A stretch of DNA of 64,000 nt from Macrostomum lignano (Eukaryota). Shown here one piece after another: positions 26,256 through 36,556 of the stretch. Below the pieces are notes generated by a model that saw only the letters and a list, made by a program, of their open reading frames with translations, did no database searches and had not been told where the DNA came from. Position numbers and translations under genes: made by a program. Where the stretch lies: NCBI GenBank assembly GCA_002269645.1, contig NIVC01003661.1:20440-84439 (forward strand), written 5' to 3'. The first letter of the stretch is position 1. Each line of letters starts with the position of its first letter.

Positions 26256-26698
26256 CTCAGCGACATGGAAAGTCGCCATCACAGCAGATTCTGTGGTCGC
26301 CACTCTTGAGAGTGCAGGTGAAGTCTCTCCATCTTTGCGAGTGACGCAACTTAGCTACGCCGGTGGGCGACTTTTCAATGTTGCTGATTATAAATACATT
26401 GCATTCTGTGGTGGATTTTCTTTTCGAATGCTGCGTTTTAGGAAGTCCCAGACATGCTCGATGGGATTCATGTCTGGGGGACCTGGAAGGCCAGCGCAGA
26501 GTGCGCAGCTGTAGCTGTTCTTTCAGTTGACTAACAGCATCGGCTTGGTGTGGCGGCGCGTTGTCATCTTGGACCATTAAGCAGACCCAAGCCGCCCCCA
26601 AGTGGAATAAGCTTTGCGCTTGCCGTAAGTTGCGTCACTCGCAATAAGTGAAAAAAACTCATCTCGCTTGAAGGGTGGAACTTTTGACTGTTGCTGAG
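26256..26698 (-). mobile_element. Internally deleted Tc1/mariner DNA transposon with a frameshifted transposase C-terminal remnant
   Basis: TA on both sides. Imperfect TIRs CTCAGCGACATGGAAAGT / CTCAGCAACAGTCAAAAGT. Perfect 19-bp inner inverted repeat TTGCGAGTGACGCAACTTA at 26335-26353 and 26626-26644. Peptide QDDNAPPH...LRWPSRSP followed in a shifted frame by DMNPIEHVW matches the Tc1 DD34E second-Asp and SPDLNPIE motifs. Confidence 0.85.
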
Positions 26699-26762
26699 TA
26701 TACGCATTTATGCTTGCAGACTTTCATTCCAGAGGCGCATAATTTAGTGCTACATGTAGGGG

Positions 26763-27455
26763 AGCCACGAATCAAGAACTAAGGGCCCACGAATCAAGAA
26801 CTAAGGGCGCCACGAATCAAGAACTAAGGGCTCACGAACCAAGAACTAAGGGCGCCACGAATCAAGAACTAAGGGCTCACGAACCAAGAACTAAGGGCGC
26901 CACAAATCAAGAACTTAGGGCTCACGAACCAAGAACTAAGGGCGCCACGAATCAAGAACTAAGGGCTCACGAACCAAGAACTAAGGGCGCCACAAATCAA
27001 GAACTAAGGGCGCCATGAATCAAGAACTAAGGGCTCACGAACCAAGAACTAAGGGCTCACGAACCAAGAACTAAGGGCGCCACGAATCAAGAACTAAGGG
27101 CTCACGAACCAAGAACTAAGGGCGCCACAAATCAAGAACTAAGGGCGCCATGAATCAAGAACTAAGGGCTCACGAACCAAGAACTAAGGGCTCACGAACC
27201 AAGAACTAAGGGCGCCACGAATCAAGAACTAAGGGCGCCACGAATCAAGAACTAAGGGCGCCACGAATCAAGAACTAAGGGCGCCACGAATCAAGAACTA
27301 AGGGCGCCACAAATCAAGAACTAAGGGCGCCACGAATCAAGAACTAAGGGCGCCACGAATCAAGAACTAAGGGCGCCACGAATCAAGAACTAAGGGCGCC
27401 ACGAATCAAGAACTAAGGGCGCCACGAATCAAGAACTAAGGGCGCCACAAATCAA
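26763..27455. repeat. 22-23 bp minisatellite, about 30 copies
   Basis: Unit AAGGGCGCCACGAATCAAGAACT, flanked by the direct repeat GCTACATGTAG at 26749 and 27458. Confidence 0.95.
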
Positions 27456-27715
27456 AAGCTACATGTAGAGGCACCACAAGGCCAGAGCTCGGAGGGAGCA
27501 AAGTTTCAATAACCTGCATGCAGTTTTTTCTTTTATTCAAAAAAAAACACTGAAGATGTCTCAAGGGAATGCACTGGTGCGCCTGTCACCTGTTCAATCA
27601 CACAAAACATACTACTTTTGGAAAGTCAGTAGTGAATTGGAATTTTTATTTTGCAGCAATAAAATGAAATAAATAAAATGATGCGAAAAATGAAGATTAT
27701 AATATCTATCGCGTC

Positions 27716-30700
27716 TCAGCCAATCAGGAACTGGCTAGAGCAGTCGGCTCGTCTCAGCCAATCAGGAACGGGCTGGTCCAGACGGGCGATGGCTCTATAG
27801 ATGGGCTTCTTCCAGGCCGGCTGCTGATCTCGGCTGACCGACAGAGCTTGGTAAAACTCGACCAGAGCTGCTTGCACGACGGCCAGAAAGTGGGATGGAA
27901 CCTGTGAGGGAAGATAGAGGGTGTGAGAGGACTGTGAATGATCCCTACAGATGATTGTGAAGAGTGAGTGAGAGAGGGTGTGAATGATCCCTACAGATGA
28001 CTGTGAAGAGTGAGTGAGAGAGGGTGTGAATGATCCCTACAGATGACTGTGAAGAGTGAGTGAGAGAGGGTGTGAATGATCCCTACAGATGACTGTGAAG
28101 AGTGAGTGAGAGAGGGTGTGAATGATCCCTACAGATGACTGTGAAGAGTGAGTGAGAGAGGGTGTGAATGATCCCTACAGATGACTGTGAAGAGTGAGTG
28201 AGAGAGGGTGTGAATGATCCCTACAGATGACTGTGAAGAGTGAGTGAGAGAGGGTGTGAATGATCCCTACAGATGACTGTGAAGAGTGAGTATGAAAGAG
28301 AGTGTGAATGATTCCTATGGATGATTGTAAACAGTGAATGAGAGAGACTGTGAATGATCCCTACAGATGACTGTGAACAGTGAGTGAGAGAGAGACTGTG
28401 AATGATCCCTACAGATGACTGTGAACAGTGAGTGAGAGAGAGACTGTGAATGATCCCTACAGATGACTGTGAACAGTGAGTGAGAGAGAGACTGTGAATG
28501 ATCCCTACAGATGATTGTGAACAGAGAGTGAGAGTGAAGGACACCTATAGAGAACATCGCATGCAGTGACCCATGCTAACAGGTATTTAATACCCCAGTA
28601 ACCTGATTGCTCTCACCTGCAGTCGGTCAGACTTGTTGAAGTGGGTGCACAGAGCCAGCACGAGTTCATCGCCGCTGCTCACCTGAAGGCCCTCGCCGGT
28701 GGCCAGGCGCTCCCTGGCGAGCTTCTCCACTTGGATGTAGAAAAACTCGCTGAATGAAAAAATGAGTGGAAAATTGCAATAACCCGTATATTGCAGACAC
28801 CAGCGGCAATAAGCATCGAAATTTATTGGCCCTAAATTATTGCAGTTCAGAATTTCATTGAAACTTATATGCACATGATTTAGTTAGTTAAATAATTACT
28901 AATGATAATAATTGCAGGAGTGAGGCAACTCTGCCCAATCCGCTCACTCCTGAGCAAAATTCAAGCGCGGCAATTCTGTACGCAGTCAGTCAGTCAGTCA
29001 GTCAGTCAGTCAGTCAGTCAGTCAGTCAGTCAGTCAGTCAGTCAGTCAGTCAGTCAGTCAGTCATTCAGTCAGTCAGTCAGTCAGTCAGTCAGTCAGTCA
29101 GTCAGTCAGTCAGTCAGTCAGTCAGTCAGTCAGTCAGTCAGTCAGTCAGTCAGTCAGTCAGTCAGTCAGTCAGTCATTCAGTCAGTCAGTCAGTCAGTCA
29201 GTCAGTCAGTCAGTCAGTCAGTCAGTCAGTCAGTCAGTCAGTCAGTCAGTCAGTCAGTCAGTCAGTCAGTCAGTCAGTCAGTCAGTCAGTCAGTCAGTCA
29301 GTCAGTCAGTCAGTCAGTCAGTCAGTCAGTCAGTCAGTCAGTCAGTCAGTCAGTCAGTCAGTCAGTCAGTCAGTCAGTCAGTCAGTCAGTCAGTCAGTCA
29401 GTCAGTCAGTCAGTCAGTCAGTCAGTCAGTCAGTCAGTCAGTCAGTCAGTCAGTCAGTCAGTCAGTCAGTCAGTCAGTCAGTCAGTCAGTCAGTCAGTCA
29501 GTCAGTCAGTCAGTCAGTCAGTCAGTCAGTCAGTCAGTCAGTCAGTCAGTCAGTCAGTCAGTCAGTCAGTCAGTCAGTCAGTCAGTCAGTCAGTCAGTCA
29601 GTCAGTCAGTCAGTCAGTCAGTCAGTCAGTCAGTCAGTCAGTCAGTCAGTCAGTCAGTCAGTCAGTCAGTCAGTCAGTCAGTCAGTCAGTCAGTCAGTCA
29701 GTCAGTCAGTCAGTCAGTCAGTCAGTCATAGACAATGTCCCTTGACTCACCGAAAGTTCGAGAACCACTTCACCACCTGGGCGGTGTTGTTCTTGTCAAA
29801 CCGAATGTCCGGGAAGCAGGACTTCAGGGTGGCTGAGCTGGGGTAGCGGCTGTAGAAGAAGATCAGCTTGGCTTTGCGCAGGTGGCCGGCGGACAGCGGG
29901 TGGCCGACCGGGTCTCCGCGGCCGCACTGCGAAGGCTAAGGGCAAATTGGGTTGGGGTGAATGCGGGATGCTGGGGGATCAGAGTGGGTGCTGGAAGAGT
30001 GCAAGGAATCTGTGGGAAGCCATTTATTTGCTTTACAGAAGCAATTCACTAATCGTAAATCATAAATAAAAAATCTCAAACTGGAAGACAAACGGTTCCC
30101 GTGTTTGCCCAGCAATTACCGGCCGCCTCACCATCTCTGACTCACCGCAGGCTGACATGGCGTGGAGGCCCTGCTGCCGCCATCCGGGCATCCGCCCTGG
30201 CCATCCGCCCCGACCGGCGCGGGGTTCGCCTCTGGTTGGAGGGGCCGGCGGCCTCGACCAGTGTCGGCCTCGACCAGTGCCGCGACCTGCGGCATTGTTG
30301 TTTCCGGTTTGTATTGAGATGATTTGGTACTGTAAGGGAATCCGCCCCTCCTTCTGGGGAATCCGCCCCTCCTGCTGGGGAATCCACCCCTCCTGCTGGG
30401 AAATCCGCCCCTCCTGCTGGGGAATCCGCCCCTCCTGCTGGGGAATCCGCCCCTCCTGCTGGGGAATCCGCCCCTCCTGCTGGGGAATCCGCCCCTCCTG
30501 CTGGGGAATCTGCCCCTCCTGCTGGGGAATCCGCCCCTCCTGCTGGGGAATCCGCCCCTCCTGCTGGGGAATCCGCCCCTCTCCATTGACGAATCCGCCC
30601 TCTCCAAAAGCAATCCGCCCTCTCCAAAAGCAATCCGCCCTCTCCAAAAGCAATCCGCTCTCTCCAAAAGCAATCCGCCCGCTCCAAAAGCAATCCGCTC

Positions 30701-31187
30701 TCTCCAAAAGCAATCCACCCACCTTTGCTCTACGCCGCCCGGTCCAGTTCTCCACGCCGGTGCAGCTGGGAGCGGTCGACTCCGATGCTTCATCAGCCGC
30801 CGCCTTGGCCCCGCCGGAAGCTGCGGGAAACGTCGCGGATGCCGGATGCAGCGGCATCAGGGGCCAGGCAAATTGAGGATGGTGAAAGAATGGATGCGGC
30901 AGAGCAGGAGCCAAATGCTGCTGCTGCTGGTGCTGCATCAGCCTCTCCAGCTGCTGCTGGGCGCTGGCCCTCAGTTTCGCCACCAAGCTGTCAATCATCT
31001 GGCTGAAGTCGCTGCTCAGCTGACGCTTCAACGAGTCGCCGAGGCCGCGCAACAGCAGGGGCTCCGGGAGGCCAGCCGGCTGTTGCTGGGGAGACAGTCG
31101 CGCCCGCTTGGCTGCCGGCTGCCTGGCTGAGTCGCTTGAGGCGGGCTGGCGGGAGCTGAGCAGCCGGCTGATGCAGTACTCGGTCAT
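27716..31187 (-). CDS. pros: Prospero/PROX homeo-prospero domain transcription factor
   Basis: Phase-consistent exons 31187-30723, 30286-30146, 29926-29751, 28749-28617 and 27901-27716. Motifs seen: [96 protein letters not shown]. An acceptor (CCCACAG) 2 nt before the ATG means the true start may lie further upstream. Confidence 0.93.
27930..28535. repeat. 46-bp minisatellite in the last prospero intron
   Basis: Unit GTGAATGATCCCTACAGATGACTGTGAAGAGTGAGTGAGAGAGGGT. Confidence 0.95.
28984..29728. repeat. (GTCA)n microsatellite
   Basis: Direct reading of the sequence. Confidence 0.97.
30336..30720. repeat. Adjacent 21-bp and 20-bp minisatellites filling prospero intron 1
   Basis: Units GGGGAATCCGCCCCTCCTGCT and TCTCCAAAAGCAATCCGCCC share AATCCGCCC. 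Confidence 0.93.
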
Positions 31188-31477
31188 GGCTGTGGGATGC
31201 AGCTGTGCCTGGTTGGTGGGTAAAGACTGGACAGCTCTGGGGTCTGTCTGGCAGGCCACCCCTGTTAGCCTTCTTATTGTCTGGCTCGGGTTGAGGTGGT
31301 GGGGTGGGCTGCCCCCCTGCTTTCCCATTGGCTGGGAAGGGTTGTGGGACTGTGGAATCGAGGGGGGCACGTGCCCAGATCTGACCTCGATATGTCACCC
31401 CCTGCCCTGAGACCTGTCACTCTCAAGGCACAGATGGCATCACTGAGCATAAACCAGACAGCGTCCTGAAGATAGCA

Positions 31478-31770
31478 TCAAATCTCATTTAACTCTATTA
31501 AATCTCATCCAAGCTCCATCGAATCTCATTTAAGCGCTATCAAATCTCATTTAAGCGCTATCAAATCTCATTTAAGCTTTATCAAATCTCATTCAAGCTC
31601 TATCAAATCTAATTTAAGCTTTATCAAATCTCATTCAAGCTCTATCAAATCTCATTTAAGCGCTATCAAATCTAATTTAAGCTTTATCAAATCTCATTCA
31701 AGCTCTATCAAATCTCATTTAAGCGCTATCAAATCTCATTCAAACTCCATCAAATCTCATTCAAGCTCTC
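31478..31770. repeat. 21-bp minisatellite, same family as 37844-39270
   Basis: AAATCTCATTCAAGCTCTATC-type units. Confidence 0.9.
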
Positions 31771-32224
31771 CATTCATTTAGGCCATAAATCATTGGGTAA
31801 TGGCGCAATACTGACTTCAAATGACGATGCTATCTCGTGTCTAAGCGGCTTCTAGTGTTTGCCATAAGGGCGCCAGCTATTCGAATAAATATTGGACTGA
31901 ACGCTGTTGACCCGAGAGCAGCCCTTCTGTTTTATCTGATGGCTTGCTGGTTGCCAGGGCATCCAATTTAGGCTATCAAGGGAATTCCATTTGACGCAAT
32001 GCCTGGCTCAAAAACAGCGTAAAATGGAGTGTCGAAACTACGATCGAAAATTCAATATAAATTCCTGTAACGTTGCGCCAAGTCGTCCCGTGAACGGTTC
32101 GTGTCCCGAAGGTCGAATCCTTTGGACTTGAGGACTCAATGGCGAATTGAGGAAATCTTGACAAGCTGTCAAGCCGTTTTCACCAGCATTGACCTTCAGA
32201 AGTTACTTTTTATAGTTGGCAAGA

Positions 32225-33126
32225 GGTTTGGCGCCACCTCACAGCAGGTTTGGCGCCACCTCACAGCAGGTTTGGTGCTGGCGCCCTTGGTGCTGGCGCC
32301 GCTCTGGTGCTGGCGCCGCTTTGGTGCTGGCGCCCCTTGGTGCTGGCGCCCTTGGTGCTGGCGCCCCTTGGTGCTGGCGCCCCTTGGTGCTGGCGCCCCT
32401 TGGTGCTGGCGCCCCTTGGTGCTGGCGCCCCTTGGTGCTGGCGCCCCTTGGTGCTGGCGCCCCTTGGTGCTGGCGCCCCTTGGTGCTGGCGCCCCTTGGT
32501 GCTGGCGCCCCTTGGTGCTGGCGCCCCTTGGTGCTGGCGCCCCTTGGTGCTGGCGCCCCTTGGTGCTGGCGCCCCTTGGTGCTGGCGCCCCTTGGTGCTG
32601 GCACCCTTGGTGCTGGCGCCCCTTGGTGCTGGCGCCCCTTGGTGCTGGCGCCCCTTGGTGCTGGCGCCCCTTGGTGCTGGCGCCCCTTGGTGCTGGCGCC
32701 CCTTGGTGCTGGCGCCCCTTGGTGCTGGCGCCCCTTGGTGCTGGCGCCCCTTGGTGCTGGCGCCCCTTGGTGCTGGCGCCCCTTGGTGCTGGCGCCCCTT
32801 GGTGCTGGCGCCCCTTGGTGCTGGCGCCCCTTGGTGCTGGCGCCCCTTGGTGCTGGCGCCCCTTGGTGCTGGCGCCCTTGGTGCTGGCGCCCCTTGGTGC
32901 TGGCGCCCCTTGGTGCTGGCGCCCCTTGGTGCTGGCGCCCCTTGGTGCTGGCGCCCCTTGGTGCTGGCGCCCCTTGGTGCTGGCGCCCCTTGGTGCTGGC
33001 GCCCCTTGGTGCTGGCGCCCCTTGGTGCTGGCGCCCCTTGGTGCTGGCGCCCCTTGGTGCTGGCGCCCCTTGGTGCTGGCGCCCCTTGGTGCTGGCGCCC
33101 CTTGGTGCTGGCGCCCCTTGGTGCTA
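32225..33126. repeat. 16-bp GC-rich minisatellite, about 53 copies
   Basis: Unit GGTGCTGGCGCCCCTT. Confidence 0.95.
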
Positions 33127-33925
33127 GGGTCCCCAAAAGACGCACTCCCAATCAAGGATGCTGGCTAGACCCTGCTGTATCACAATTTTTCAGTGTGGCT
33201 TTTCAAAACACACAGCAACCGGCTAATCCAGGCACGGGGGCGGTGGGAACCCTGCCAAGCACAGCTGGAGGGCAACTCTTAGATGACTCAGTCAGGGGCC
33301 TCGCAGGTTTCCTCGTATCCAAGGCCCCTCTCCCACCGTCCGCTGTCTCTTAGCGGCGCCTTGGGAGAAATGTCCCGCTTTTTAACAAGTGCCGTCGCGT
33401 GATGCGGGCTTCGGTCTGAGCCTTGAAGAGGCGGCCGCGGAGACATGAGGGCCCGGGGACTTGAAAATAGGGGGACTCTTAAGAAAATGGATTGGATTGG
33501 AGTTTCAAGGCGCCAGCTTGGTTAGCGCCGATGCGGGCGGGCCTGGGAAACTCGGAGCTCGGAGGAGCTGTGAATGGAGTGATGGAATTAGTCAAGCGGG
33601 CCTGAGGCCTCACCACTTAGTTCGAATAGCTTGAATTATAATTCAGGAGGTGTCAAAAAAGCCATAGAATATGCCAGTTTCCTATCATGTCCTCCAGTCG
33701 GGCTGGAAGCAAAACTTTCATAAAGTTTTATGACGACCTTTTATGACGCTAATTGCGAGTATTTATCATGGCTGCATAGGCAAAACTTTTGGCAGCCACG
33801 CGCTGTCACACGCCAAAATGGACAGCCGTGTGTTTGTAAATGGAAGTGAAAGACAAAGAGAAGAGGCCAGGAGCATCCAAATTGACCGGCAACTTGCGTA
33901 CGCTCATAGCGACAGTGAAAACCGC

Positions 33926-34671
33926 AGAGGGAGAGAGGGAGAGAGGGAGAGAGAGAGGGGGAGAGGGAGAGATAGAGGGAAAGGGAGAGGGAGAGATAGA
34001 GGGAGAGGGAGAAGAAGAGGGAGAGAGAGGGGGGAGGGAGAGGGAGAGGGAGAGAGGGAGAGGGAGAGGGAGAGAGGGAGAGGGAGAGGGAGAGAGGGAG
34101 AGGGAAAGAGGGAGAGAGGGAGAGAGGGAGAGGGAGAGAGGGAGAGGGAGAGGGAGGAGAGAGAGAAGGAGAGGAGTGAGAGAGAGAGAGAGAGAGGGAG
34201 AGAGGGAGAGGGAGAGGGAGAGAGGGAGAGGGAAAGAGGGAGAGAGGGAGAGGGAAATAGGGAGAGAGGGAGAGAGGGAGAGGGAGAGAGGGAGAGGGAG
34301 AGGGAGAAGGAGAGAGAGAAGGAGAGGAGTGAGAGAGAGAGAGAGGGAGAGAGGGAGAGAGAGAGGGAGAGAGGGAGAGAGGGAGAGAAAGAGGGAGAGG
34401 GAGAGGGAGAGGGAGAGAGGGAGGGGGAGAGAAGGAGAGGAGTGAGAGGGAGAGAGAGAGAGGGAGAGAGGGAGAGAGGGGGGAGAGAGAGGGGGAGAGA
34501 GAGAGTGAGAGAAGGAGGGAGAGAGAGAGGGAGAGGAAGAGAGGGAGAGGGAGAGGGAGAGAGGGAGGGGGAGAGAAGGAGAGGAGTGAGAGGGAGAGAG
34601 AGGGAGAGAGAGGGAGAGAGGGAGAGAGGGAGAGAGGGAGAGAGGGAGAGGGAGAGAGGGAGAGGGAGAGG

Positions 34672-34737
<66 letters not shown>

Positions 34738-34775
34738 GAGAGAAGGGGAGAGAGAGAGAGAGAGAGAGGAAGCAG
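33926..34775. repeat. GA-rich purine tract ((GAGAGG)n/(GA)n)
   Basis: Direct reading of the sequence. Confidence 0.95.
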
Positions 34776-35874
34776 AGATAGTGGCAGGACGGGAGTTGTC
34801 AGAATTAGGAGGCGGACCTCTTACTAAGCGGGCAGCTTAAGAAAGGGCCACAGAAAAGCTCAGAAGCATACAAGAGAACAATTCAGTCGTCTATAATAAA
34901 CACCCTTTAAAATCTGCATTCACGACCGGGACATGCGCAGGCTACGGCAGTAATTAGGGTGGTGTTGCGCAACCCGAGCCAAGCGGCAGATACGAGCAGG
35001 GCCCGCATGAGCTCTGACAGTCGCACACAGTAAAATGAATGAATAATTTTGCCAGCGATGAAGGGGAGAGCCGGCCTGTGCAATATGATGACAGGGCACG
35101 GACTGATTGGGATCTGCTCGAGCGCGTGGCCAAACTGTGGATAAATGATAATAGTTGATGCATTGGGTCACGCCTGAGATCGGTTGAGCCAGACTCGTGG
35201 CGTGCTAATTCCTTATGCGGGTCGCACGCACAGACTGAAGCCTTGAGTCTCGTTCCATTGTTGACTGAGCTGAGTTTTAAAGAGTTTAAAGTTTGTAGAA
35301 TACAAGCCATTGTTCTACTTTTTAGCCACTTTTTAGCTACTTGTAAGCCACTATAAAAGTTCCAACTGCAACTGGAAGTCAATTTCATTTTCATGTCCTG
35401 TTCTCATAAAAGATCTTTGGTCTCGCGGTTTGCTAATCTAAACCACGGATAGATGGGCCACTGGGGCATGCTTTAGTAAAACAGCTTTTCTACTTTCAGT
35501 TCAGTAGCAAAGAAGAATACATAAGCTATTTTATAGAAATAAAGGCAGCTGAAATTACTTTAATAAGTTTAGAAGCTCAAGCTTGCAGTCGTAAACAGCT
35601 TGCTAATTGGTTCAGCAGTAATGTACATTAACCAGTAAACTGAAATGTACATGGCAGTTTTAGGCTGGAATTCCGAGAAAGCCAATAAAAATTGGGGCGG
35701 GACGAGGGTTAGTAGAAAGGCGCGATTGGAGAGTTTAGGTACGTAGAAGTTGGGGGCAAGAGCCAATAAATGAGCCTTGGCTTTGAAAATACATTGAAAT
35801 GCTTCTGTTTAACTTGCTACTGACCTGAAAGTAGCTTACACGCAAATGTGCTGAGTGGGCTATCTACCATCTAT

Positions 35875-36342
35875 TTAAGGTAGTTGTTCCAGTATCGGTG
35901 ATCTAAACTGCGACTTGAATTCTGGATTATTGGAAACTTCCAACCCAAAGCGTAAATAATAATTCAAGAGTAATATTTGTAATTTTTTCAAATATAATTT
36001 TAATCTGCGCGATAAATACACTACATAGCCAATTGAACTTTTATTTATCATCTTCTGTAGGAGTCTAAGTGCAGGTGCCAGGCTATCAGTGAAAACTATA
36101 ATAATATTTATCACTATCAGCAGAAGAACAAGTGAAAAATCACGCAGAATCCGGGGGACACGCGGGATTATAGAGTACAATAAATTATTCGGAAAGTTAT
36201 ACTCACTACAGCGGTCTACAGTAATTGATAAGGTAAGGCATGGTTGAATACAGCTGTGCCGAATCAGCCCGGAGCATGGGGGATCGGAACTGGAAAAAAA
36301 ACTTTTAAAAGAATCCGAAAAATGTTGCCAGACATTTTTCAC
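35875..36342 (-). CDS. Candidate exon with a hydrophobic segment (unknown gene, or alternative FHAD1 terminal exon)
   Basis: A 155-codon open frame begins exactly at a strong phase-0 acceptor TTTTTTCTGCGCTTTAAG|GTG and contains FSLVLLLIVINIIIVF. No family recognised. Confidence 0.35.
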   Translation of the reverse strand: MKNVWQHFSDSFKSFFSSSDPPCSGLIRHSCIQPCLTLSITVDRCSEYNFPNNLLYSIIPRVPRILRDFSLVLLLIVINIIIVFTDSLAPALRLLQKMINKSSIGYVVYLSRRLKLYLKKLQILLLNYYLRFGLEVSNNPEFKSQFRSPILEQLP

Positions 36343-36556
36343 CTTAAAGCGCAGAAAAAATTCACAAATTTATCAATCAAGCTACTCTACTGAGAGTAGA
36401 AATATGCGAAAATCATTGACGAAATGTATCAGGCGGAGAAAAAAGACGCACAACAAAAAGAATACCAATTATTAGAGGAGAAAAATATGCGAACAGCTGG
36501 ACAGAAAATTAGTCACGTGATGCTCCTCAATCTGGCTTTTGATAGGTCCATCGCTC

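Noticed and set aside
32101-34840. 300-370 aa ORFs (LVLAPLGAGAPWCWRP repeats; E/R/G-rich)
   Set aside because: Derived from the 16-bp array and the GA tract; no unique coding signal.
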